DNA of 64,000 bases from Aggregatilineales bacterium (GTDB lineage Bacteria; Chloroflexota; Anaerolineae; Aggregatilineales; Ch27): the NCBI GenBank assembly GCA_029976025.1, contig JARKNX010000025.1, positions 184 to 64,183 on the forward strand. The letters are read 5' to 3'. Positions 43,475 to 52,649 of this stretch are shown here, one piece after another. The notes below the pieces were generated by a model. The model made no database searches, was not told where the DNA came from, and saw only the letters and a list, made by a program, of their open reading frames with translations. A program made the translations under genes and the position numbers. How positions within the stretch are numbered: the first letter of the stretch is position 1; each line of letters opens with the position of its first letter.

Positions 43475-46249
43475 ATGTCCGTCCGTTATCATGTTACGGT
43501 TGTGCCGCACACTCACTGGGATCGCGCCTGGTATGTCACCTTTCAGGAGTACCGCATCCGCCTGGTGCGTCTGATCGATCGTCTGATCGATCTGCTCGAC
43601 CGCGACCCGGACTATTCTTTTTATATGCTGGATGGGCAGACCTCCCTGCTGGAGGATTACCTCGAAGTGCGCCCGGAACGGGCGGCTGTCTTGCAGGCGC
43701 TGGCGCGCAGCGGGCGGATCAGCGTGGGGCCGTGGTATGTGCTGCCGGACGAATTTCTGGTCAGTCCGGAAGCGCTGATCCGCAATCTGATGCTCGGCCA
43801 CCGGATGGGGGCGGACTACGGCGGGGTGATGAAAGCTGGCTATGTGCCCGACGGCTTCGGCCATATCGCCCAGATCCCGCAAATCTTCAACGGCTTCGGG
43901 ATCGACTCCGCTTTCTTCTGGCGCGGCGTCGGCGCCGAGGCGGACGAGATCGGCACAGATTTCGAGTGGGAGAGCAAGGACGGCTCCCGGGTGCTGGCGA
44001 TCTGGATGCCGTGGGGGTATCACAATCTGTCCAACGTGGGCTTCCCTATTCGGTGGGGCGACACGTCGCAGATGGAGTTCGACTGGGACCTGGCTCTGGA
44101 GCAGATACGCGGCGCGCTGGAAGAGGTGGAAACGCTCTCCAACACCGATGCCCGCCTGCTCATGAACGGCATCGACCACGCCGAGGCGGAGCCGCGCCTG
44201 CCGGAGTTGCTGCGGCGGGCTAACCAGGCCTTCCCGGAAGCGAACTTCCGCATTGGCACGCTTCTCGATCATCTGAAGAACGTCCGCGCCGCGGGCAAAG
44301 CGCTGCCTGTCTTCAGCGGTGAGTTCCGCTGGGGCCGCTACTCCGAAGTTCTGCAAGGGGTTTATTCCACACGGCTCTACCTCAAACAGCGCAATCATCA
44401 GGTTGAGACGCTGCTGGAACGCTACACCGAGCCGCTGACGGCCTTCGCCTGGCTGGCCGGCGGAGACCCCCCTGAAGGCACGCCGGACCTGGTGTGGACG
44501 GCCTGGCGGTGGCTGCTCAAGAATCACCCGCACGACGACATTTATGGCAGCGGCATCGACCAGGTGCATCACGAAATGCTGTACCGCTTCGATCAGGCTG
44601 AGCAGATCGGGCAGTACCTGGTCCGCGATAGCCTGCGCCTGATCGCCCGGCAGGCCGATTTCACCGGGCAGACGGGCACGCCGGTCCTGGTCTACAATCC
44701 GTTGAGCTGGCCGCGGCAGGAAATCGCCACCGGAGAGATCGACTTCGATTTTGACGATCCGACCGCCGAAAATTTCGTGCTGACCGACAGCGCCGGGAAC
44801 GAGCTGCCCTGCCACATTCTGGGCAGCGAAGAACGCACCTGGCTGGAGACGCTGAAGCCCAATCGCAAGCGCGTCGTCACGGTGGCCTTCCCGGTCTCAG
44901 TCCCGGCCTGCGGATACACGACCGTCTACGCCCGCCCGGGCCAGGCTAACCGCGCCCTGACCGGCGCAGGCAGCCTGCTGGTATCCTCCAACGGCGCTGA
45001 AAATGATTACCTGTCCTTCACTATCGCCCCCGATGGCGCGCTGACTGTTACCGACAAGATCACCGGCAGCATCTACCCCGACCTGCACACTTTTGTTGAT
45101 GTGGACGACGCCGGCGACGAATACAGCTCCTGCCCCTGCCCGGCCAGCCAGACGTTCAACTCCAGCGGAGGCGTGGCCGACATCCAACTGCTGACGGCGG
45201 GGCCAGTCCTGGCGCAGTTCCGCGTATCTCTGGCGCTGCAAATCCCGGCCAGCCTGACCGAAGATCGCCAGCGCCGGGCGGAGCAACTGGTCACTTTGCC
45301 GATCGTGTCCACGCTGACACTGTACCGGGGCCAGCCGGGACTTTACATCAGAACCCGGGTTGAAAATACTGCCCGCGACCACAAGCTGACGGTGAGCTTC
45401 CCCACCCCTCTGACGCCCAACTGCGCTCACGTAGACGCGGCCTTTCAGGTCAGCGCCCGCACCATCAGCCTGCCGCCGTCGGACGGCTGGGTGGAAGACC
45501 CGACGCCGCTGATGCACCAGCGCGCCTTCACGGATCTCAGCGATGGCGCGCGCGGGCTGGCTGTGCTCAACCGGGGCCTGCCCTCGGTGGAGGTGGAACA
45601 GATCGACAGCGGCACGCGCATCGCCCTGACTCTGCTGCGCAGCGTCGGCTGGTTGTCGCGCGATGATCTGAGCAACCGGCATGTAGCCGCCGGGCCATTG
45701 CTGGCGGCCCCCGGCGCTCAGTGCCCCGGCCCACATACCTTCGAATACACCATCCTGCCCCACGCCGGGACCTGGGAGCAGGTTTACCGGACAGCCGCGA
45801 ACTACCTGGCCCCGCTGCTCATCGCCCGGGCCGACACGCATGAGGGGATGGAGCTGCGCGAGATGCCCTTCATCGGCGTCGAGCTGGACTGGTACAACCA
45901 GGTGGTCAAACCGCTCGCCTGGCCGCGCGGGGGGCCGAACCCCGATACGCTCAGCTTCCTGACTCTGGAGCCGGAAACGCTGGTGCTCAGCGCGGTGCGG
46001 CGTAGCGCCGATGGAGCGGGGCTGATCGTCCGCTTCTACAACCCGGGCGAGGCAACTGTCCAGGCCCGGCTGCAAAGCTGGCGGCCGCTGAAGGCTGCCT
46101 ACCGCCTCAATCTCAACGAAGAGCGGCAGGGAGAAATCGCTCTGGCAGAATCCGGCCATCAGTCGCCCGGCGGAGGAGCCGCTGGCGTGGTTATCCCGGT
46201 GCGCGGGGGGCAACTGGTGACCGTTGAGCTGCGCCCACAGACTCCCTGA
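43475..46249 (+). CDS. GH38 alpha-mannosidase (cytoplasmic)
   Basis: ORF from 43424. ATG 43475 follows GGGAGGAAAAA. MSVRYHVTVVPHTHWDRAWY and GYVPDGFGH are GH38 N-terminal hallmarks. About 925 aa. Confidence 0.92.
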   Translation: MSVRYHVTVVPHTHWDRAWYVTFQEYRIRLVRLIDRLIDLLDRDPDYSFYMLDGQTSLLEDYLEVRPERAAVLQALARSGRISVGPWYVLPDEFLVSPEALIRNLMLGHRMGADYGGVMKAGYVPDGFGHIAQIPQIFNGFGIDSAFFWRGVGAEADEIGTDFEWESKDGSRVLAIWMPWGYHNLSNVGFPIRWGDTSQMEFDWDLALEQIRGALEEVETLSNTDARLLMNGIDHAEAEPRLPELLRRANQAFPEANFRIGTLLDHLKNVRAAGKALPVFSGEFRWGRYSEVLQGVYSTRLYLKQRNHQVETLLERYTEPLTAFAWLAGGDPPEGTPDLVWTAWRWLLKNHPHDDIYGSGIDQVHHEMLYRFDQAEQIGQYLVRDSLRLIARQADFTGQTGTPVLVYNPLSWPRQEIATGEIDFDFDDPTAENFVLTDSAGNELPCHILGSEERTWLETLKPNRKRVVTVAFPVSVPACGYTTVYARPGQANRALTGAGSLLVSSNGAENDYLSFTIAPDGALTVTDKITGSIYPDLHTFVDVDDAGDEYSSCPCPASQTFNSSGGVADIQLLTAGPVLAQFRVSLALQIPASLTEDRQRRAEQLVTLPIVSTLTLYRGQPGLYIRTRVENTARDHKLTVSFPTPLTPNCAHVDAAFQVSARTISLPPSDGWVEDPTPLMHQRAFTDLSDGARGLAVLNRGLPSVEVEQIDSGTRIALTLLRSVGWLSRDDLSNRHVAAGPLLAAPGAQCPGPHTFEYTILPHAGTWEQVYRTAANYLAPLLIARADTHEGMELREMPFIGVELDWYNQVVKPLAWPRGGPNPDTLSFLTLEPETLVLSAVRRSADGAGLIVRFYNPGEATVQARLQSWRPLKAAYRLNLNEERQGEIALAESGHQSPGGGAAGVVIPVRGGQLVTVELRPQTP

Positions 46250-46361
46250 CAGCGCCGTGGTGTCCGCACGAAAGGAGGTGCGCTCCGACCCTGGCTGGTT
46301 CGTCCGATGAAGCTGTACCCAAGAGGCTGCATAAGAGATCTGTTGCATTGGAGGAGTGAAA

Positions 46362-47621
46362 ATGTCTGAACAAATGTCACGCCGCAATTTCCTGAAGTCG
46401 AGCGCCGCCGCGGCAGCGCTGGCCGCCGCTCCAAAGATGCGGGGGCCGTGGGTGATCAACCGTCGCCGTCAGAATACCGTGGTGCTCAGAATCCAGGCCT
46501 TCGCTCATGAGGCTATCCAGGCGGTGCTGCCCCCCTTCCAGGAGTCAACCGGCCTGACCGTACAGTTGGATACCGGCCCGTCTTCCGGCGTGGAGCATCT
46601 GACCGAAGCGACCACTGCCTACGCCGCCGGCGACAGCCCCTGGGACGTGGTCAGCGATTCGGATGAAGGCGCCCCGGTTGAGGCGCGCGCCGGCTGGCTG
46701 GAGCCGCTTGATGGCGTGATCCCGCAGGAAACCTGGGACGACTTCCCCCAGGGCATGAGGGACGCCTTCCCCGTCTGGTATGGCTACGATGGCGCTATGT
46801 ATCGCGTGCCGCACGAGTTCGCCGTAGGCTACTACTTCTACCGCAAGGACCTGATCGGCGAAGCCCCCAAGACCTGGGAAGAAGTGATTGAGAAGGGTCT
46901 GGAAGTCACTGACTCCGCCAATAACGTCTGGGCGACGGCTGACGGCCTGACCAAGGGCGCGTTGATGTTCGTCTACCTGGCTTACCTGACCAGCCAGACC
47001 GGCGGCGATATCTTCGCCATGGACGATGGCCTGGCCAATGCGGCGCGCCTGCTGTACGAGATGATCAACACGTACAAGATCATGCCGCAGGACGTCATCA
47101 ACATGAACTACGACCAGCAGAACGAGCTGTATATGGACGACAAGGTCATGTTCATGCGCCAGTGGCCGTTCTTCCAGAGCGTGGCCGAAGGCAACGCCGC
47201 CTGGTACAGCCCGGACAAGGTCGCCATCGCCCTGCCGCCGGCTGGCCCGATGGGCGGTGGAAGCTGGTGGGGCGGCTGGGGCTTCACCATCCCCAAACTG
47301 GCCCCCAACATGGACGGCGCCAAGGCCCTGATCGCCTACCTGACCTCTAACGAGGTCGCCCCGCAGTTGGCCGCCGGGCAAAGCTGGTTCGTCATGCCGC
47401 GTACTTCTATCCTGAATGCGATGGCTGGCACCGGCAACCCGATTGTGGATGCGATGGGCATGTACGCCGACGCCGGCGTGATCAGGCCGCGCCCGTTCCA
47501 CCCGCGGGCCGCCGAGGCCCAGATCGCGGTTGAAGACGCGATCTCCCTCTACATCACCAAGCAGGCTACCCTGCAAGAAGCGCTCCAGACCGGCAAGGAC
47601 TTGCTGGCCGCTCTGGAATAG
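46362..47621 (+). CDS. ABC transporter substrate-binding protein (family 1) with Tat-type leader
   Basis: GGAGGAG lies 5 nt upstream of ATG 46362. Leader MSEQMSRRNFLKSSAAAAALAAAP. Confidence 0.88.
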   Translation: MSEQMSRRNFLKSSAAAAALAAAPKMRGPWVINRRRQNTVVLRIQAFAHEAIQAVLPPFQESTGLTVQLDTGPSSGVEHLTEATTAYAAGDSPWDVVSDSDEGAPVEARAGWLEPLDGVIPQETWDDFPQGMRDAFPVWYGYDGAMYRVPHEFAVGYYFYRKDLIGEAPKTWEEVIEKGLEVTDSANNVWATADGLTKGALMFVYLAYLTSQTGGDIFAMDDGLANAARLLYEMINTYKIMPQDVINMNYDQQNELYMDDKVMFMRQWPFFQSVAEGNAAWYSPDKVAIALPPAGPMGGGSWWGGWGFTIPKLAPNMDGAKALIAYLTSNEVAPQLAAGQSWFVMPRTSILNAMAGTGNPIVDAMGMYADAGVIRPRPFHPRAAEAQIAVEDAISLYITKQATLQEALQTGKDLLAALE

Positions 47622-47632
47622 TTTGTTCCATC

Positions 47633-47678
47633 CCCCTCTCCCGGCGCATTCTGCTGCTTCACTGCCCCGGGAGAGGGG
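47633..47678 (+). promoter_or_regulatory. Intercistronic stem-loop after the SBP gene
   Basis: CCCCTCTCCCGG (47633-47644) pairs with CCGGGAGAGGGG (47667-47678) in a perfect 12-bp stem with a 22-nt loop, followed by CTTTCCCTTGTT. Confidence 0.55.
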
Positions 47679-47716
47679 CTTTCCCTTGTTGATCTGCGAT
47701 TCAGAAGGAGTACGGC

Positions 47717-48643
47717 GTGGTCGCCAACGTCAGTCCCCCACAGGCCGTGACACGGGCCAGATCCCCTCAGCTTACCCTGAACCAGCGACGCTACCTGGCG
47801 GCAGCCCTGCTGCTGGCACCGGTCATTCTGCTGCGTCTGTTCACCACCTTATATCCGTTCCTACAGACGATAGTGCTCAGCTTTCATGAATACAACCCCG
47901 CCTTCACCCCCCGCACCTATGTCGGGCTGGAGAACTTTGAGAAGATCGCGGCGGATATCGTGGTCAAGAGCAGTATCGAATTTACGCTGATCTTCGTCTT
48001 CGGTTCGACATTCTTCCAGCTCTTCTTCGGCGTGATGGTCGCTTCCCTGCTGAACAGCCGGCTGCGGATACCGAACTTCATCCGCACCATCAACCTGATT
48101 CCCTGGGCTATCCCCATGGTTGTGGCGGCGGTCGGCTGGCGCTGGATGTTCGACGGCAACTATGGCTGGATCGTCGATCTGCTGCGGCGCATCGGCCTGC
48201 AGATCAACTGGCTGACCGATCCGGCCAGCGCGCGGGTCGCGATCCTGATCGTCGCCATCTGGAAGAGCACGCCTTTCGTCGCCGTGTCCATCCTGGCCGG
48301 CTTGCAGGGCGTCCCGGAGGAATTATACGAAGCGGCCAAGGTGGATGGCGCCAACGCCTGGCAGTCCTTCTGGGGGATCACGCTGCCTCTGATCATGCCC
48401 CTGATGGTGACCATTGGCATGTTCATGCTGGTCTGGCAACTGGCCGTCTTCGACCTGCCCTATACCATGACCGCTGGCGGCCCCGGCTTCGCTACCAGCG
48501 TGCTGGCCTACCAGGTGCAGCAAAAAGTGGTCACGTTGAACTACGGCTACGCTTCAGCAATCAGCGTCATCATGTTCCTGATCGTCGGCCTGATCGGCGC
48601 CCTCGGGCTGGCCGCTTTCCGCCGCGTCCAGGTTTCGATGTAA
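47717..48643 (+). CDS. ABC sugar permease (MalF type)
   Basis: GTG start after GAAGGAG. EAA loop YEAAKVDGANAWQSFWGITLPLI. Confidence 0.9.
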   Translation: MVANVSPPQAVTRARSPQLTLNQRRYLAAALLLAPVILLRLFTTLYPFLQTIVLSFHEYNPAFTPRTYVGLENFEKIAADIVVKSSIEFTLIFVFGSTFFQLFFGVMVASLLNSRLRIPNFIRTINLIPWAIPMVVAAVGWRWMFDGNYGWIVDLLRRIGLQINWLTDPASARVAILIVAIWKSTPFVAVSILAGLQGVPEELYEAAKVDGANAWQSFWGITLPLIMPLMVTIGMFMLVWQLAVFDLPYTMTAGGPGFATSVLAYQVQQKVVTLNYGYASAISVIMFLIVGLIGALGLAAFRRVQVSM

Positions 48644-48662
48644 GCAGGGAGGAAAACACGTT

Positions 48663-49508
48663 ATGCGCGCATTTCTACGACAGCACAACGGGCGAATCAC
48701 GACTTATGTGGGCTTCATCATATTCGCCATCATCGTGCTCTTTCCTTTCTACTTCATCGTCATCTCGTCTGTCACACCGCGCTACCAGATTTTCCAGATC
48801 CCGCCACGCTACTTCCCCGAGACGCTGACGCTGGAAAACTACCCCGCCATGATGAACGCCATACCGTTCTGGCAGTTCTATCTGAACTCCCTGATCTTCG
48901 CCCTGGGCAGCACGATCACATCGGTGCTGTTCAGCGCCATGGCCGGGTACGCCCTGGCGCGGCTGAAGTTCCCCGGCAGCAACCTGGTCTTCCTGGGGTT
49001 GATTCTTTCTATCGCCCTGCCGCAGGTCGCGCTGCTGGTGCCAATCCGGGAGATTTACAACGCTCTGCACCTGAACAACACCTACTTCGGGCTGATCGTC
49101 CTGATGTCCAGCCTGGTCACGCCTTTCACCGTCTGGATCATGGTGTCATTCGTGCACCAGATTCCGGTCGAGATCGAGGAAGCGGCGCTTATTGATGGGG
49201 CGACAATCTGGCAGACGATTCTGCGCATCGTGCTGCCGACGATGCGGCCGGCCATCGCCACGATGCTGATCATCAACTTCATCATTAGCTGGAATGAGCT
49301 GCTCTACCCGCTGATCTTCGCCACTCGCAATGACACCAAGACGCTGAGCGTTGGCCTGATCTCGCTGGGCCGGGAGGCTATGGGGACTTCCCGCCCCTGG
49401 GACCTGATGAGCGCGATGAGCGTGCTGACTATCGTGCCGGTCATCGTCCTCGTCATCTTCGGACAGCGCGCCATCGTCTCCGGCCTGACGCGCGGCGCAG
49501 TCAAATAA
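48663..49508 (+). CDS. ABC sugar permease (MalG type)
   Basis: 281 aa with AGGGAGGAAAA RBS. EAA loop IEEAALIDGATIWQTILRIVLP. Confidence 0.9.
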   Translation: MRAFLRQHNGRITTYVGFIIFAIIVLFPFYFIVISSVTPRYQIFQIPPRYFPETLTLENYPAMMNAIPFWQFYLNSLIFALGSTITSVLFSAMAGYALARLKFPGSNLVFLGLILSIALPQVALLVPIREIYNALHLNNTYFGLIVLMSSLVTPFTVWIMVSFVHQIPVEIEEAALIDGATIWQTILRIVLPTMRPAIATMLIINFIISWNELLYPLIFATRNDTKTLSVGLISLGREAMGTSRPWDLMSAMSVLTIVPVIVLVIFGQRAIVSGLTRGAVK

Positions 49509-49535
49509 GTGACAAATACCGCCGGCCTGGAGAAG

Positions 49536-50669
49536 CTATTCTCCGCTGCCCGGGCGGCCGTTCATCGCCTGGATCGGGCCGCCGCTCGACCGGCGGATGA
49601 CCAGCCGCGTCGGCAGGATGACCCGCTGCCAGTCCGGCGCATCGCCGTTAATGCGGCGCCAGAGCACCTCCACGGCCACCCGGCCAATATCGAAAGTCGG
49701 CTGGGCCACCGTGGTCAGGGGCACATCCAGGTGAGAAGTGAAATCGAGGTTGTCAAAACCGACCAGGGCCAGATCATCCGGGACGTCGATCTTCAACCGT
49801 CGCGCGGCCCGGTAAACGGCCAGTGCGATCTGATCGTTAGCGGCGAAGATGGCCGTAGGGCGCGGCGAGCGGGAGAAGAAGCCGAATAACTGCTCCGGCT
49901 CGACAGAAGGATAAGCCTCCACCTCGAACGCCAGCGACCTGTCATCAGGCAGGCCCGCTTCGATAAGCGCCTGGCGATAACCGGCGAAGCGGTGCTCAAT
50001 GCTGATAGCCGGATCGCGCCAGGACACGAACCCGATCCGGCGGTGCCCCAGGCTGATCAGGTGCTGTGTAGCCTGCAGCGCGCCGCCGAAATGGTCGGAC
50101 ATCACATAATCCGAGGGGACGCCGCGCAGGTAGCGATCGATCAGGACAACCGGATAGCCGGCGCGTGTCAGGTGAACAATGGCGTTCGCATTGATCGAGT
50201 CCACGGGGTAGACGACGATGCCGGCCACGCCGCCCTGAGCGGCCAGAGAATCCAGCACCTCCGTCTGCTGCTGGGGATCATTGTTGACATGCTTGAACGT
50301 GATCGAAAGGCCGCGCTCAGAAGCGCCGCGCTCCACGCCCAGCAAGATCGTGGAGACGAAGGAATCGCGGACATAGGGCACGACAAAGCCGATTTGTCGG
50401 GTTTGCGCCTCCCGGACGGGGGGGCGGATGCCCGTCCAGTCCACAAAGGTCCCCCGGCCGCGCTCCCGCCGGATATAGCCTTCCTGTTCCAGTTTGCTCA
50501 GAGACTGGCGGAGCGTGCCGCGCGCCACGCCGAACTCGCGGCAAAGCTCCGGTTCCGGAGGCAGGCTTTCGCCGGGCTTCCATTCTCCGCTCAGGATGCG
50601 CTGGGTCAGGATAGCGCTGATCTGCACATACAGAGGGACGCCATCGCCATGCTTTAACGAAATGCTCAT
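49536..50669 (-). CDS. AraR-type regulator: GntR winged-HTH fused to a LacI/PBP1 sugar-binding domain
   Basis: 377 aa. N-terminus LPPEPELCREFGVARGTLRQSLSKLEQEGYIRRERGRGTFV (GntR HTH). C-terminal motifs IGFVVPY, GIVVYPVD, VVLIDRY, PTAIFAANDQIALAV and LVGFDN (LacI-type effector domain). Confidence 0.88.
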   Translation of the reverse strand: MSISLKHGDGVPLYVQISAILTQRILSGEWKPGESLPPEPELCREFGVARGTLRQSLSKLEQEGYIRRERGRGTFVDWTGIRPPVREAQTRQIGFVVPYVRDSFVSTILLGVERGASERGLSITFKHVNNDPQQQTEVLDSLAAQGGVAGIVVYPVDSINANAIVHLTRAGYPVVLIDRYLRGVPSDYVMSDHFGGALQATQHLISLGHRRIGFVSWRDPAISIEHRFAGYRQALIEAGLPDDRSLAFEVEAYPSVEPEQLFGFFSRSPRPTAIFAANDQIALAVYRAARRLKIDVPDDLALVGFDNLDFTSHLDVPLTTVAQPTFDIGRVAVEVLWRRINGDAPDWQRVILPTRLVIRRSSGGPIQAMNGRPGSGE

Positions 50670-50716
50670 ACGGGTCTCTATCCGGTGAACTACACGAGCG
50701 AGGCCGCGGCAATAAA

Positions 50717-50726
50717 TGTCTATACA
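50717..50726. promoter_or_regulatory. Operator box TGTCTATACA at the regulator gene promoter
   Basis: Exact 10-mer located 5 nt downstream, in the minus sense, of the predicted -10 of the regulator gene. This is consistent with autoregulation. Confidence 0.65.
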
Positions 50727-50731
50727 AATCG

Positions 50732-50760
50732 ATTATCTAACACTCCTGACCGGAAGTCAA
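50732..50760 (-). promoter_or_regulatory. Candidate promoter of the AraR-type regulator gene
   Basis: On the minus strand: TTGACT (50755-50760), a 17-nt spacer, then GATAAT (50732-50737). Confidence 0.5.
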
Positions 50761-50766
50761 CAGAGC

Positions 50767-50795
50767 TTGACGCGCCTCGGAATACACTTTATAGT
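50767..50795 (+). promoter_or_regulatory. Sigma70-like promoter of the 50922-onward operon
   Basis: TTGACG (50767-50772), a 17-nt spacer, then TATAGT (50790-50795). Confidence 0.55.
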
Positions 50796-50809
50796 TAAGT
50801 AACATGCGG

Positions 50810-50819
50810 TGTATAGACA
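50810..50819. promoter_or_regulatory. Operator box TGTATAGACA (reverse complement of TGTCTATACA)
   Basis: Exact 10-mer located 14 nt downstream of the -10 at 50790-50795. Confidence 0.65.
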
Positions 50820-50921
50820 AACATATTCTGCATGTACAGACGAAGTCTGGTGAACACCCTGACGTCGCAAAATCATATTGACCTCGCCCGCCGCACAGGC
50901 CCTCGAGAAGGATAACGAGGA

Positions 50922-52517
50922 ATGCATATCTACAGCTTTGATTTTCGCGACCCGGCATTTATACTCGACAGGTGGAACCTGTCCTTTCAGATCATCACCC
51001 TGGAGAACGTCTACGGTCTGGACCCCGCCCACACCACCGTCGAGGAAAACGCTGGCGGGTGGGACCTGCACTGCACTGCGTTGCGATGGGCCGGGCAGCA
51101 GCGGACAGCGCCGGGCACCTGCGAAGTGCGGGCGCGGCGCGATGGCGAGGGACGCCTGCGGCTGTCCGTCCGTGCGACTGCCCCGCATAAAATCCGGGTG
51201 GTGAAGGTCATCCTGCGCGATCTCCCCCCGCTGGCTATGCTGGACATGCTGGATGAGGCGCACGATATTCCTGCGGAAGGCGTAGTGGAGCTATACCCCA
51301 ACCGCCTGCGCCTGCCAGTGTGTTTTCTGCGCCCGCCCGATGCCGCCACGATCGGCCTGCGCAGCGAGGACCTGTCCTTTCGCAGCAAGCGCTTCGCCAT
51401 CTACCAGGAGCGCTTCGGGCCATTCGCCGATCGGTACGCCGTCGAATGTATCCATGAGGAGGATGCTCGCTGGTTCGACCGGCAGATCGAAGTCCCGGAC
51501 TGGGTGCTGGCGCAGCCGGCGGCTGTTGAGGCCTTCCGGGATGAGCAGCTTGCCTTTTATGAGCACAATGCCGGGCTGGCGCGCTGGGAGGCGCGGCGCG
51601 ATACGCCCGACTGGGCGCGCGATATCCGCCTGTGCCTGATCCTGCACGGGATGCACTGGTCCGGATATACCTTCAATACGTACAGCCGGATGCTGGAGAC
51701 TATCCGCTATGCGGCAGCGCGCATCGACGGGCGCCGTATTCTGGCTTACCTGCCCGGCTGGGAAGGGCGCTACTACTGGCAGTACGGCGACTACCGACCC
51801 GAGCCGATGCTGGGCGGGGAGGAAGGCTTCCGGCAGTTATGCGACGAGGCCAGGGCGCTCGGCGTCCATGTGATGCCGATGTTCGGCGTGAACTGCGTCA
51901 ACGCCTGGGCTCCTAATTTCCACGAATTTGGCCCCTCCTCTTACATGAAATCGGCCACCCGCAATATCTTCCTGGGCAACCAGCCGGACTGGGATATGGC
52001 CCGGGCGGGGGATACCGGCTGGCAGGCCTGGCTCAACCCCGGCGCCCCGGCCTGGCAGACTGAGCTGACGCGCCAGATTCTGACCCTGGTCGATCGTTTT
52101 GGCTTCGACGGGGTCTTTCTGGATACCGCCGAAGTGCGGACTAACGATCCTGACTTCAATGTTCGCGAGGGCCTGCAGCAGATCATGGGCCGGCTGCGGC
52201 AGGATCATCCCGACCTGCTGGTGACGGCGGAGGACTGGTGGGATGGCCTGCTGAGCATCTTCCCCATCTTTCAGCAGACCTCAAAATGGCGGCAGGTGCC
52301 CCCCTGGGTAGGGCGTTACGCGCGCCTGATCGGCCATATCTGCGACGGCGACCCGGGCCGGAACAGCACGGGCGTATTCGAATCCGGCTACAGCCCGTAC
52401 TATCGCCTGCCGGACACAGAAACTTATATTGCCAGCCTGGCTTTTGTAGAAGATACGCTGGAGAAAGCGCAGTCAGAGATAGATGCTGTCATCGCCCTGG
52501 CGGCAGCGCGTTCGTGA
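50922..52517 (+). CDS. Uncharacterised protein, putative (beta/alpha)8 glycoside-hydrolase-like fold
   Basis: 531 aa. I recognise no family signature. The alternating pattern LILHGMHWSGY, LAYLPGWEG, VHVMPMFG, FDGVFLDTAEV and LLVTAEDWWDG resembles strand-end motifs of TIM-barrel glycosidases. First gene downstream of the operator-bearing promoter. Confidence 0.7.
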   Translation: MHIYSFDFRDPAFILDRWNLSFQIITLENVYGLDPAHTTVEENAGGWDLHCTALRWAGQQRTAPGTCEVRARRDGEGRLRLSVRATAPHKIRVVKVILRDLPPLAMLDMLDEAHDIPAEGVVELYPNRLRLPVCFLRPPDAATIGLRSEDLSFRSKRFAIYQERFGPFADRYAVECIHEEDARWFDRQIEVPDWVLAQPAAVEAFRDEQLAFYEHNAGLARWEARRDTPDWARDIRLCLILHGMHWSGYTFNTYSRMLETIRYAAARIDGRRILAYLPGWEGRYYWQYGDYRPEPMLGGEEGFRQLCDEARALGVHVMPMFGVNCVNAWAPNFHEFGPSSYMKSATRNIFLGNQPDWDMARAGDTGWQAWLNPGAPAWQTELTRQILTLVDRFGFDGVFLDTAEVRTNDPDFNVREGLQQIMGRLRQDHPDLLVTAEDWWDGLLSIFPIFQQTSKWRQVPPWVGRYARLIGHICDGDPGRNSTGVFESGYSPYYRLPDTETYIASLAFVEDTLEKAQSEIDAVIALAAARS

Positions 52518-52649
52518 TAGACAGGGAAGAAACAGCAAGAAAGGAGAGGGCCAGACACCTTTGAAGGCACGTTTCAGCAGATCGTCACGCAGATGTCTCG
52601 CTGACGAACATACCCGTATAGTTACTTAGAACTCCTTTCAGGAGGAACC

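Noticed and set aside
43448-46459. Minus-strand ORFs 43448-44815 (455 aa) and 44897-46459 (520 aa)
   Set aside because: They are antisense to the GH38 gene, which has the VVPHTHWDRAWY hallmark. These are shadow ORFs.
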